Under the pieces are notes generated by a model that was not told the DNA's origin, did not search any database, and saw nothing but the letters and a program-made list of their open reading frames with translations. The position numbers and the translations under genes were made by a program. Positions 44,051 to 56,868 of a stretch of DNA of 64,000 bases are shown here, piece after piece. Source of the DNA: Macrostomum lignano (lineage: Eukaryota); assembly GCA_002269645.1 (NCBI GenBank), contig NIVC01000085.1, positions 682,001 through 746,000 of the forward strand, in the 5' to 3' direction. Positions within the stretch are counted from its first letter, which is position 1. Every line of letters begins with the position of its first letter.

Positions 44051-46198
44051 ATGTTTAAATAATAAACTTACGTTGAACACAATTTATTGCAAACGAACTC
44101 TACAAAATACACGTTGTCAAGAGTAACGAAAGTGATAAACAAATAAACCCTTGAAAATAATGTTAAATATGTTGTAGAATTATAGAGTGTAACATTATAA
44201 GATAGTTAAAGTTATTAAAATACATTATTATAGCTTTTCTATCATTTTTATTAGACTCATTTTAGGTCGTAATTAAACTTACCGTTTTAACAAATCATTT
44301 TATTAAAAATAAAGCTATACAAAAATAATTTGTGCTTTAATAGACTTTTTTACCTTTTAAAAACTTGAATAAATTTATTTTATAGCTTTGTTGCTTTCAA
44401 ATTGCCAAAAAACGAATTTTCATAAAACTTGCCCCCGATTTTTGGATTTCACCGAATATTATGAAACGCCTCTTATCACTAAAAAACAATACTCATGAAA
44501 TATTTGATTTTTCATTGAAAATGAAGTGTGTCTATCACAATTGCAACTTGTCACCGAAACGACTATTTGTTATTAAAACGTCTGTCACCAAAACGTCTTG
44601 TCATCGAAACGACTAGTACCTAAATAAATATACATGGAAGAGGGTCTAAAAGGGCCTAGGTCTACTTTTGTGGAAGGGGCCTATACACTAGTAAATTCTT
44701 GTATAATGCTTAGAGATGTTCCAAAATTTCAATTTTGATTTACCAAAATTTGGAATTTTTAGAATTTAGGAGTGAATTTTGATTTAAATAAAAAAATGGA
44801 AGTAAAAATTTTGAAAGTGTGTAAGAGAGTAGCTAAAAATAAACTAATATCTTATTTTTTGGTTCTTAGACAAACCAGCACAAACATTTGCTAACTGCTG
44901 CTGTTATATGTAGACTCTAGTCTCTAACTTAAACTTAAGTAGGCCCTAGTCTAAGTCTAGGAAATAATAAATACCTATTATCTTTTTCTAACTCATAGCT
45001 AGTTTTTGTACCTGCAGGAATGTCAATATGCATAGTACAGATATGAAGAAGCAAAATAGAAGAGTAAACGGCAAACACAGAATTTAATACGGCAGTCTGA
45101 TATATTTAATGCGCTGTTATTATTTCGGACCGCCGCCGCCAGTATCTTAAACTTTAAATTTTTTTCTTCGGATCAAGCCAATTAAACAAATCTAAATTAC
45201 GTCGTTTAATCCTAATACATTTTATTTTAATTAAGTACTTTATGATTTGAAATTTATTAATTTTTTGTAGTTTAAATTATCTGTCTGGATCATTAGCTAT
45301 AATCCGTTGTTCTGCATGACGGTACCAAGCGGATAGCCACTTCCGACTGCATGCGTATCATGTTCTAAGCAAGAAATCCGTAGAAGTCGTAATAATGAGT
45401 GACATGAGATGCTCTCACATGCATGAGCCAGAGTTAACTTAAGTGCATGTACTCTTGTATATTATATTTATCCGTGTTGGTAATTCCACAGCAAAAAAGT
45501 GCATTTTTACATTTGATACATACAAGCTGGACCCGAGGCCAGTGTAGTACATGTAACAACAGTAACTTCTAATACGTCCTTGTATATTACATATGCATTG
45601 TAAGTGTACATGTACAGGTACATTCAGTATTGCGAATCAGCGGTATTTATACTCTAGCGTGGGTAGTAGTACATGTGAACGATAGAGTAGTATAAAATAT
45701 ATACATGCAGTACATTACATCATAATGCTATGGGGTGATTATAAAAGGCAAGGTCGCGTAGAATGCGAACACTCGCGTCTCTAAAGCAAAAGAGATAATT
45801 ATCAGCAAAAAGCATGCATTATTAATGTTATTTGTATGCGTGTTATGTGGATTTATTTGTAAATTTTTTGTATTTTATATTTTATGGAAATCAATTGAGC
45901 TTGAAACAACATTACAGTAAATAGACATTTTTACTTCTGAATTCTTTGAGAAAAATTTAAAAACAAAACAAAATTTTGGAGAGTACATGTTGTTTATAGC
46001 ATGGTAAACATATACGAGTTTTAAAATGTTTTTAACAACACTTTTAATATGTTTATGGTACATGGTTCTACACGAGAACCACACCAAACATTTAAATTTT
46101 TAATTTTAGATTGAAATGAGGTACAACTCTTCGGCAATAACACATCGAGCGCACACTAAACCGTAACAACTCCCTTTTCGTTTGACAAGTTTCCTGGC

Positions 46199-47078
46199 TC
46201 AACCTCTACGCCGACAATTTTTCCGCTTGCACGACTTGTTGTGTGGGTTGTACGCGCAGCCGTAGGCGCACAGGTACTTGCCGGCGCAGTTGCCACCGTT
46301 TCTGCCGTACCTGTTGGCCACTTGGTCCGCTGCAGAGGAACTTTTCTTTTCACTCTGGCACAACTCGCGACAGTCGCTGCAAATTGGGGAAATTTGGGGA
46401 TAATTTATCTGGACAGCTTAATCAGCTTCCACGAATAAAAGCAACCGGATTCCCTCTCATTGCTTGGATCAAAGTGCACAGTTGGTTCAAACCTATTTCA
46501 AAACTGATTTGAACAATACTTGAATGACTAATTGCTAAAGCTACGAGTACCAAGCAGTGATATAGACCCGATCTTAAAAGATCGGCCACATACGCTATAA
46601 ACCAATACATTGATCAAGCTGACATATTTTGTTAGCTGAGCGTACGCTCACACAGAGTGTGCACAGCGGCCCTGACTTAATCGTCAAACATGTCCACTCT
46701 CTGTGCTATGGTGTTGGATTAAATTGAATTAGACAGCTCACAGAATCGAATCAGAGATCGTTAAAACGCTGCGCATTACCTGATAGCCTTAGCAATCAAT
46801 CGATTTTTCAGCACATTGGCACCGCAGTGGTGCACCGCATTGTAGTTGCCCATGCAGTGAAAATATTTATCGCACTTCTTGCAGTTGGCTGAGACCATGT
46901 CTTTGTAGGCCTGAATCATTTTCCAGGCGGGGCAGCTGCTGGCAATCAAGCTGGGTCCAATTGATCGCGCCAAACGCGCTGGGCATCTGAAAATGCATCC
47001 GTAAAAGTCAAAGGCAGAGGACTGACCACACGAGACGGTCAAAAGAAGAACCACGGATGCTGCAAAGGCCAACTTCAT
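46199..47078 (-). CDS. SAA: Secreted serum amyloid A-like protein, cysteine-rich, 158 aa; exons 47078-46780 and 46376-46199
   Basis: Signal peptide MKLAFAASVVLLLTVSCG. SAA motifs MIQAYKDMVSAN, DKYFHCMGNYNA, ISDCRE and ADQVANRYGRNG. The intron is GT-AG and phase-compatible. Confidence 0.85.
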
Positions 47079-47570
47079 ATCTCTGCAAGATTAGCTAATA
47101 AGTTTGATTGAGTATAGCAACGTAGGTCCTACAACACCAGCACTTTATGATACAAGACGATGGCTTTTAACCACATCTAGCAGGAGCTATTTATACTCAA
47201 TTTTTAAGCCAACGAAAAGCTGAATATTGTAGAATAGCTACTGACATATCTCGGAGATGTAGCTCTCTTTTAATACATTCTTTCCCGGATTTGTCAAAGA
47301 GATGCTGCATTCAAAGAGATGTGCGTTCGAATGAAGGATATGAAAACCGCTGCTTATAGATCTATATAGCTCTATAGCTACCACACAAGCCTGCTGTTTA
47401 CTTCATTGTCTGAAGCAATTCTATTTATGAGAGCAGTTCTATTTTATGAAAACTTGCGCTGCAATTATACTGTGTAGGGTGAAACTCAAATGTAGAGTTG
47501 AGCGGTCAGGTCACAGTCTAAAATAAAAGCTCTAATTTCTAGCATAATGCATTGCAGTCCGTCTGTCCAA

Positions 47571-47952
<382 letters not shown>

Positions 47953-48334
47953 CTTCAATTTTCAATTCTTAGCGCACAGCTTTTATATAAAAATTTACAC
48001 TTCAGCTCTGCCTGAAAGGCCAAAAATACCAACTGGGGAATAGGTCGGGATAGACGCAATTTAGAAAAAAATACTAGCGTATATAAAGCTAAACCATGCG
48101 GATGTCAGCTATAAACTAAAAATCGACTGGAATTATCCTCGCCATTGCTACTGAATAGACAGCCATTTCTTTTTTCTATTTATAGCATCCACTGTACGGG
48201 TGCAGTGCTGCCGTACAAGACTGTACTGTCCAATTAAGTACACTACTTGGATGGAACTGAGTACAATAATGGGGTACCACTCTGAATTCTATTGGGCTCA
48301 CTCTGTGTGGCTGGAATCTTTGCAAGCCATCATC

Positions 48335-51251
48335 ATGGGAGCATCAGAAGGCTCGCAGCTGCACTCAGCAGTTTGCGAAGGCGACGAGCTGCTTGTCCGC
48401 TCTCTCGTGGCCTCCCTCGTCCCGCTGGACTCTTGCACAGGCGATGACAGCTCGCCGCTCTACCTAGCTGCCGAGCGCGGTCTCAGCTCCATCGTGAGGC
48501 TGCTAGCCGGAGCTGGAGCTAGTCTGGACCTTGGCAACTCGGCGGGAGTCACTCCACTGATGAAAGCCAGCTGGAACGGTCACGTGGAGGCTGTTGAAGT
48601 CCTGCTTGAATTTCAAGCCTCTGTGGAGCTCAGAGACAGCACGGGAGCCACCGCTCTGTACATGGCATCGGAGTACGGACACCTGCCGATAGTCCAGCGG
48701 CTGCTTCGGGCAGGTGCCGAAGTCGATGCGGAAGACGCGCTAGGAGCGGTTCCGCTGTTCATCGCTGCCGAGACTGGCTTCACCGACGTTGTCAAAACGC
48801 TGATGCGGGCCGGCGGCAATGTTGATCACGTGATGTGGTTCAGCGGGCTCACGCCACTCAATACGGCCACCTATACGGGCCAGATTGGCTCCATCGAGCT
48901 GCTGATTGGTGCCAGCGCTGACCTGGCCATCCCAAACAAAAGGGGCTTTACGCCGCTGTGCCACGCCGCCTTGAAGAATCACGTCGAGGTTCTGAAGCGC
49001 CTGCTTCGCGCCAACGCCGATCCAAACGTCCCGAACAATGCCGGGGAGACGCCGCTCTACGTAGCCTCGAAGTGCGGCTTTGCCGAGGTTGCTTCGGCTC
49101 TCATTGACGCCAATGCGGATGTCAATCTGGCATGCGCCGCAGGCTCTCGAGCGCTGCACGCAGCTGCTAAGAACGGCCACATCCGGGTTGTTCGGCTGCT
49201 TATTGAGGCCAAGGCCGACCTCTTTGCCGTGAATGACAGCCGAGAAACAGCGCTGCTACTCGCCTGCTCGTACCTGAATGGGCAGGTTGTCGGGCTGCTG
49301 CTCAGCGCTATGTCAGTCCACTCTGCACTGAGGTCTGAAATTATAACTTCCTGCTTAGAGCGTCTGAGTTCTTATCGAGATCATCCGAATGTGCTCAGAA
49401 TTCGATCGCTTCTTCGCGGAGAGTCGGAAGAATCTACAGTCGAGCTTCAGTCCCGAGACTGCGACCAGCTCAGCCATCGTCTCACGGCTGCAGGGTTCAC
49501 GGCCCCAAGAGCGCGGTTTCAAGCTGAGATCGCTTGCGCATTGGAGGACATCTGCACTAAGTGCCTCGGTCTTCCCCACCACCTCACCGGTAGCTATGGC
49601 GACGGCTGGGGAAACAATCTCACAGTTTTGAACGGGCGAACAGGCTTCGACTCTGACTTAGACTTTACCCGCATCACTCCCGACTGCTGCCACATCGCTG
49701 GCTTCTGCCAGTGCCCTCCGGAGTCAGTCGCGGACAAAATGGTGGGCGAATTTGTCAATGGTCACGTGACTTGCAGTGTATCGTGTAAGTTCTTGGATCT
49801 ATTTGGTTGCTCAGTCAGTTAGTAGTAACATGGAACCACAACAAATCATTCCTGCTGTTTGAATTCCAGCATCTGTGACCGCAGAAACCTGCTTGCCGTC
49901 ACGGCTGAGACCGGCAACTGATTACGTATTTGCGGTTCAGTGCTGCTGCTACCCTGATGTGCCAGTTCTGCAGCCAGGCTGTCAAGGTCACCTGCCGCAG
50001 AGCCTGGTTGAGAGCTTATTGAACGAGCTTCGCGCCGGCAATCCGTGCCACCTCATCCGAGCAGCCAGCCCAGGAAAATCCGGGCTCGAGATGCGCATCA
50101 GCACGACTTTCCTCGAGCGCCTGTATATGAGAAGTCTCACCACAGTACAGGGCCAGTTGTTCGTCACTGTGAAGCATCTTTTAAAGAATGTCGTTAGCAA
50201 GCAGGTGAAGGGCTTGAAGTCTTACCATGCAAAAACTCTGATTTTCTTGATGGTTCATCGAACTCCAATCGACATGTGGCAGCCTGAGAAGTTTACTGAG
50301 CTGGTGCAGCAAGCGCTGAACTTGCTGATAAGCTGCCTCAGCCAGGAATCCGATCCTCGGGTCTGCATGAGACACTTCTTCTACCCGGATGCTCCGCTGT
50401 ATTTCAAGAAGAACTCCTCTCCGAAAGAAGAAGTGCTAAGTTGCCTGAAAACCGTGACTCAAAGCCTGCCTGATCATCTGCTCAACTTTCAGTCCCAATT
50501 AAAAACACTGGACACTGCGGACTTTAATTTCGATCCGTTCAACCTGATACCGCTGCAGAGGGTGACACGCAGGCACACTGTGGAGCAGTTTGCTGGCGAG
50601 TACCACCAGCTTTACGACTGCGTTGCTCAGCTTTTACTCAGGCTGAGGCCTGACGATGAAGCTGATTCTGACGAGTGCAACTGGAGGCTTCTTGACAGCC
50701 TGCCAGACTGCGCCCGCACAGCACGAGAGTGCCTCCGAGCCATGCTCCAACTCAAGGCCGGTGACCTCGAAGCCGCTCGAACAACTTTGCTAGGACAGTA
50801 GTCCCAGTCGCTAAAAGTGAATCGCAGCATCCAGTTCGAGAAGTCTTCAGTGCTTCATCAACTGTTGAACAGCGACTCAGCTTGGCGATTCATTTTCCGC
50901 ATAGATGAAGGACTTCAGCTGCCGTATCTACCGAATCTCACTCAGAAGATTTTTCCTCACGGAACAGAAATTTACATTGAGTTTTTCTACATTAACTTTG
51001 ATGCAGCCTTCAAGAGTCTCTGCTTTGAGCTGCTCCCCAGCGACGAGGTCAGCGCCGAGGACTGGTTCCTGGAACTGCAACAGGGCGCAGACTTGGTGGA
51101 GCTGAAGGCTCTGGCTGAATTCAGCAGCGATCCTCGCCATTTGGAGTTCGTCCACGAGCAGCTGGTGGCTTTGAGCAGCGGCTATGACGACGTGATTGCC
51201 GAAGTCAAGGAGAAGTTCGTGCGGCTGATGGCGGACGGAAAATCTTACTGA
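48335..51251 (+). CDS. Ankyrin-repeat plus Mab-21/cGAS-like nucleotidyltransferase (cGLR-like); exons 48335-49784 and 49870-50801, with the frame continuing past TAG 50799-50801 to 51251
   Basis: About 10 ankyrin repeats (G-x-TPL-x2-A...G-H). NTase signature GSYGDG...DSDLD (49589-49663). Mab-21 C-lobe motifs MRISTTFLE, LKSYHAKTLIF, W...L...CL, CMRHFFYP. Phase-1 GT-AG intron. Confidence 0.82.
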
Positions 51252-51504
51252 TTTTTGCGCACTTGGATAAATAGAAACATCTGAGAACCGTTAAAGGACA
51301 ATTATTTATAATAAACTTGAAAAATCAGCTGCTTCCGTTTTTCGGAACTGACTTTGACATTACGGATTAGGCAAAATATGCAATAAATTCTACCAAACAA
51401 AAAATTGGTCTCTATCGTCATAAACTGCTGATTGATGATTCACCTATCCAGATGTGGGACGGAGCGGAGTTTGGAGGGGAATGGGGTGGAACCAGCTTAA
51501 TTTA

Positions 51505-52757
51505 AGGGCGGACCCTCCAGTTTGAGGGTGGATCCAGTTTTGGGGGGAATGGCGGATCCAGCTAGGGGTGGCGGATAAAGTTTTGGGGCGGATCCAGTTT
51601 GTGAGGGGCGGAATTATTTTTCTGGGGCTGAACCAGTTTAGGAAGGGCGGATACAGTTTCGGGGGATCCAGTTTCGGGGGGATCCAGTTTCGGGGGGATC
51701 CAGTTTCGGGGGGATCCAGTTTCGGGGGGATCCAGTTTCGGGGGATCCAGTTTGGGGGGATCCAGTTTGAGGAGATCCAGTTTGAGGGGATCCAGTTTGA
51801 GGGGATCCAGTTTGAGGGGATCCATTTGAGAGGATCCAGTTTGAGGGGATCCAGTTTGAGGAGATCCAGTTTGAGGGGATCCAGTTTGAGGGGATCCATT
51901 TGAGAGGATCCAGTTTGAGGGGATCCAGTTTGAGGAGATCCAGTTTGAGGGGATCCAGTTTGAGGGGATCCATTTGAGAGGATCCAGTTTGAGGGGATCC
52001 AGTTTGAGGGGATCCAGTTTGAGGGGATCCAGTTTGAGGGGATCCATTTGAGAGGATCCAGTTTGAGGGGATCCAGTTTGAGGAGATCCAGTTTGAGGGG
52101 ATCCAGTTTAGCGGGATCCAGTTTGAGGAGATCCAGTTTGAGGGGATCCAGTTTGAGGGGATCCATTTGAGAGGATCCAGTTTGAGGGGATCCAGTTTGA
52201 GGAGATCCAGTTTGAGGGATCCAGTTTAGCGGGATCCAGTTTGAGGAGATCCAGTTTGAGAGGATCCAGTTTGAGGGGATCCAGTTTAGCGGGATCCAGT
52301 TTGAGGAGATCCAGTTTGAGAGGATCCAGTTTGAGGAGATCCAGTTTAGCGGGATCCAGTTTGAGGAGATCCAGTTTGAGAGGATCCAGTTTGAGGAGAT
52401 CCAGTTTGAGAGGATCCAGTTTGAGGAGATCCAGTTTAGCGGGATCCAGTTTGAGGAGATCCAGTTTGAGAGGATCCAGTTTGAGGGGATCCAGTTTAGC
52501 GGGATCCAGTTTGAGGAGATCCAGTTTGAGAGGATCCAGTTTGAGGAGATCCAGTTTAGCGGGATCCAGTTTGAGGAGATCCAGTTTGAGAGGATCCAGT
52601 TTGAGGAGATCCAGTTTGAGAGGATCCAGTTTGAGGAGATCCAGTTTAGCGGGATCCAGTTTGAGGAGATCCAGTTTGAGAGGATCCAGTTTGAGGAGAT
52701 CCAGTTTAGCGGGATCCAGTTTGAGGAGATCCAGTTTGAGAGGATCCAGTTTGAGAG
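51505..52757 (+). repeat. GGATCC minisatellite (20-bp units grading into 15-bp GGATCCAGTTTGAGG units), left part
   Basis: Directly visible; source of spurious ORFs 51444-52787. Confidence 0.95.
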
Positions 52758-53948
52758 TGTGATAAATAGGCAATTAGATAATAGCATGCACGGTGAGCAA
52801 TTAATTAGGCCCTAGACAAACCTACTTGGAGCGTTTGGAGATTTTAAAGCTATTAATCCTAATCGCCTATCGCCGGTCGGCGAGTCCTACCAGTCTTTCT
52901 CCAATAGCCGCAGGTACAGTACAAGAAAATAAATAACACGAGGGAACACAAACCGAAAGATTTAGAGAGTGATAATCTTATGTGATACAACTGATAATTG
53001 GCTAGACGATTTAATTCGGTTATTCAAGCTACAGGATTCAAGCAATTCGCGGCGCAGATAATTAGACTGATGGTAACGAATAGTAACGATTAATAATAAT
53101 GATTATATTACGCACTGACAAGCGGATCTCAGCTGAGAAGAAGAAGAAGAAGGCACCGAACACAGGACCACGGAGAAAGACTCCTAACCCCTGGCCTAAG
53201 CCAGAACCTACACTCAAACGAGAGCCCTGCCGAATCGACCGTTCAACGGAGTACCGACTAAATTCTATCGGCACTGCCCTTCAGTGTAACACTGAGGCCC
53301 TCGGGATCGAGGCCGCGTACTTGATCAGATCCGACAGTCTGTATCTAACCGCGCTTGATAGCGACGACTTCAGACAGGAATTTGCCGTAGACGTTACGCC
53401 ACAAGACTACTGCGGTTGGGCGGGGACAAAGATATGGACCGGGGGTGATGAATTCAGGCGCCTCAAAGCGCGAACCAACAAGAGGAGAAAATCGGGCCAC
53501 CGGCCGGGAACTGGACAAGACAAAACCGGGGAAAGAGAAGGAAAAGTGAGATCCGATTGCCAAACACACATTCATATATAGTCAGAGTCACAACCCCTCA
53601 AAACCCCCCTCAAGCCGGGTGGTGGTCGTCTGGCCGGCCGCTTGCTTAAGCCGAATTGCACTGTGCCCGCGGCGCCGGGTAGAATTGAAACTTGCCGCGT
53701 GCCAGGGTCCAGGCCGGTTCTGATTGGCTGGCCGCGCAAAGCTGGGGTTCGCAGACAAACTCAACCCTCCGCTGAGTCACAAATAGCGTCTGACTTCTAG
53801 CCTGTTTACGAAAAATTGATTCTAACTAACAAGGAAAAAGTACACAAAAAACGTATGACTAAACTAAAGCAAAATAATAATTCAATAACAATAATGCAAA
53901 ACCTAACTAATAGAATACAAGGCTATCGCAAAAGATGCTCACACTACA
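52758..53948. mobile_element. Solo LTR (1191 bp) inserted in the minisatellite
   Basis: TGT...ACA termini and 4-bp TSD AGAG (52754-52757, 53949-53952). Removing it restores a normal TTGAGAGGATCC repeat unit. Confidence 0.8.
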
Positions 53949-54380
53949 AGAGGATCCAGTTTGAGGAGATCCAGTTTGAGAGGATCCAGTTTGAGGAGAT
54001 CCAGTTTGAGAGGATCCAGTTTGAGGGGATCCAGTTTAGCGGGATCCAGTTTGAGGAGATCCAGTTTGAGGGGATCCATTTGAGGGGATCCAGTTTGAGG
54101 GGATCCATTTGAGGGGATCCAGTTTGAGGAGATCCAGTTTGAGGAGATCCAGTTTGAGGGGATCCATTTGAGGGGATCCAGTTTGAGGAGATCCAGTTTG
54201 AGGAGATCCAGTTTGAGGAGATCCAGTTTGAGGGGATCCAGTTTGAGGGGATCCAGTTTCGGTGGGATCCAGTTTGGGGAAGTTTCGGGGGGATCCAGTT
54301 TGGAGGGATCCAGTTTAGCGGGATCCAGTTTCGATAGATCCAGTTTCGGGATACCCAGTTTCGATAGATCCAATTTCGGG
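53949..54380 (+). repeat. 15-bp GGATCC minisatellite, right part
   Basis: Directly visible. Confidence 0.95.
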
Positions 54381-55129
54381 GGATCCTGTTTGGCGGATTC
54401 TGTTGGTGACAAAAAATCAAGAAATCTTGACGACATGAATCAGTTTTTGCAAAATTTGCCTGTCTATCCAAGTGCCTGGGTGAGTAAAGAAACGAGTAGC
54501 GACGCCCTGCATGAGCACACGTTAAAATATAAAAATGAGGGTAGAGAAGAAACCTGCTTGTCTGGCTCACTGGAAGGGCGGGCGGAAGGGCGGAAGGGCG
54601 ATCTTGTCTTCGCTCACTGGCGTGTTAAACTAACAGATGACAGCCACCCCAAAGCTGAGAACAAGTGGAAGCCGCCATTAAGGGAAAGTCTCTCATATCT
54701 ATCCAAGTGTATGTTTCTGTCAACCACTCACCCCCCCATCCTGTTTGTTATGCATTTTGTCTGGCCATAATTTAAACTAGCTTGAAAAACATTTGCTTTT
54801 AAATCAATGAGTTCGGCACACGGTGCTGCAACTGTTGCAGCTGTGAAATAGGAGCCTGATTATTTGCTTTGCGACTTTCAGCTTTGCTGACAAAGATTTA
54901 CCGTGTCGACTTAAAATACTTCTCAACAAATGCCTCTTTGCTAGGGTCTGGAGAACAATGATAAACACGAAGAATAATCAAGGTTAGATATGCCAGGGAG
55001 AGGTTTTTCTGTTTTAATTTATATTTGCTCGCGACTGTGTGGATTGCGTTTGAAACCAGAACATTACAGTTTGCTTGAGTCCATGCTCAGCTCATCAGCT
55101 GAGCCAGTCGGTCACCGCACCGCTCGAGC

Positions 55130-55861
55130 TCAGCCACGCACGAACAGAGTCCACTCGGGCCCGCTCAGGTGGCCAGGCGGGTACACGAACTCCAGCAGGT
55201 GGCAGGCGAGCTCCTGTCGGGAGAAAACGGCGGCCCGGCAGTCGGCTCTGGCGCTGCACTTGGCCGTGCACAGAATTGCCGACTTAGCAACAACCGGCCA
55301 GACGGAAGGGGCACTGGATGTCATGGGAGGGCTAGACGGCTTCACTGCCGTGTAGGTGTTGCGGTCTGAAACTGAAGTTGAACAAAAGTGCATGGTCTCA
55401 TAATTCCTTTATGACTACCGCTACTGAGCCATAAAAGCTTTAAAAGTACCTGAGTAGGTTAGTGAGAACACGGAGTTGCGGTACATGCCGCCACATCTCT
55501 GCATCCGATTTCCGGAGCAAGCCGCACCGCAGATGCCTTCGCTCACCAAGCCATGGGATCCGTACGAGTTGCCGCAGTAGCACTCTTTGCCGTACTGCAC
55601 ACCGAAGTGGAGGAAGCTGCCTATTGAGCAGATGCTGCTGCACAGCTCGTACGACATCTCCGTACTTCTGACTGCCCCGTAACGATTAACGCTGAACCCA
55701 CCGAACTTTTCGACCCCAACGAGCCCGTTCAAGTCTCTGCTGGGTGTCCCGGGGTCTTCATAGCAGCCCAGGTATTCGAAGCGGATGAGCCTGCAGGTGA
55801 CGCAAGTGAGCAGGAGGGCAGCGCAGAACAGAACGGACAGAGCCGCTGCTGAGCGCAACAT
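55130..55861 (-). CDS. Secreted WSC-domain + PAN/apple-like protein, copy A (217 aa); exons 55861-55450 and 55371-55130
   Basis: Signal peptide; WSC motifs YLGCY, C-x3-C, FGVQYGKECYCG, C-x3-CSG...CGG...NSVF. C-terminal C-x3-C-x5-C...C module. Phase-1 GT-AG intron. Confidence 0.85.
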
Positions 55862-55896
55862 TTCGCTGCTCGGAGTGAGTCTTTGAGCAGCTGAGG

Positions 55897-55971
55897 TTTT
55901 ATAAAATCACGTCTTCAGGCATCTTTTTTTTAGATTTATGTGATTCAAGGGGCATCGCTCTATGGACCAAT
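55897..55971 (-). promoter_or_regulatory. TATA-like box and CCAAT motif upstream of WSC copy A
   Basis: TTTTATAAAA at 55897-55906 and GGCATCGCTC...CCAATC at 55967-55971; both conserved upstream of all three copies. Confidence 0.5.
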
Positions 55972-56229
55972 CAGAGGAGTTCTTGAGCAGCGATCCAGAG
56001 TACAGGCCTCTACAGCAGGACGAATCTGAATTTGTCTTTATTTCTGTCAAAAGATAAAAGACACCTATCGAATTCTGAAAACTTCTGGTCAAATAGTCCA
56101 GACTGGACAAAATGTTTCCACCGTTTTTTCTCAGAAATAATTACATTACAAAGTGAGCCGCTTGAAACACAATTTTCATTGTATAGCAGAGCTGAGGTAG
56201 CAAGGGCAAGTATTTTTTATACCTGCTTG

Positions 56230-56868
56230 GAGGCGGATCCAGTTTTGGAGGGGCGGATCCAGTTTGGGTTGGGGCGGATCCTGTTTGGGACGGGCGGATC
56301 CTGTTTGGGAGAGGCGGATCCAGTTTGGGAGGGGCGGATCCAGTTTGGGAGGGGCGGATCCAGTTTGGGTTGGGGCGGATCCAGTTTGGGACGGGCGGAT
56401 CCTGTTTGGGAGGGGCGGATCCAGTTTGGGAGGGGCGGATCCTGTTTGGGAGAGGCGGATCCAGTTTGGGAGGGGCGGATACAGTTTGAGAGGGGCGAAT
56501 CCATTTTGGGAGGGGCGGGTCCAGTTTTGGAGGGGCGGATCCAGTCTGAGAGGGGCGGATCCAGTTTGGGAGGGGCGGATCCAGTTTGGGAGAGGCGGAT
56601 CCTGTTTGGGAGGGGCGCATCCAGTTTGAGGGGGGCAGATACAGTTTGAGAGGGGCGGATCCATTTTGGGAGGGGCGGATCCAGTTTGGGAGGGGCGGAT
56701 CCAGTTTTGGAGTGGCGGATCCAGTTTGGGAGGGGCGGATCCAGTTTGGGAGGGGCGGATCTAGTTTGGGAGGGGCGGATCCAGTTTAGGAGGGGCGGAT
56801 CCTGTTTGGGAGGGGCGGATCTAGTTTGAGAGGGGCGGATCCAGTTTGGGAGGGGCGGATTCAGTTTG
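56230..56868 (+). repeat. 20-bp minisatellite GGCGGATCCAGTTTGGGAGG
   Basis: Directly visible, about 30 units. Confidence 0.95.

Larger units (their letters stand above)
38658..44620. mobile_element. Mutator (MULE)-like non-autonomous element with nested insertions
   Basis: ~75-bp imperfect TIRs made of TTTCGGTGACAAG repeats (38658-38735, 44547-44620) with GG termini. Flanks CAAATAAAT / TAAATAAAT form a 9-bp TSD with one mismatch. Confidence 0.7.

Noticed and set aside
42920-44460. Weak inverted pair GGCGAAATCCAAAAA / TTTTTGGATTTCACC as TIRs of another nested element
   Set aside because: Short and imperfect, with no TSD identified.
46637-46650. 14-bp perfect palindrome TGAGCGTACGCTCA in the SAA intron
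   Set aside because: Single short palindrome, plausible by chance in 64 kb; no associated structure.
51444-52787. Long ORFs of 447, 221 and 173 aa (NWISS / LKLDP / GSSLR repeats), and similar ORFs at 53939-54770 and 56032-56984
   Set aside because: Translations of stop-free 15- and 20-bp minisatellites in several frames at once; no splice or codon evidence.
52758-53948. ORF 53099-53581 (160 aa) as a gene
   Set aside because: It lies inside a solo LTR and has no recognisable domain or splice context.
54430-54490. Short plus-strand exon-like segment ending CTGG|GTGAGT, duplicated at about 56900-56945
   Set aside because: No acceptor or partner exon found; its conservation is explained by the segmental duplication.
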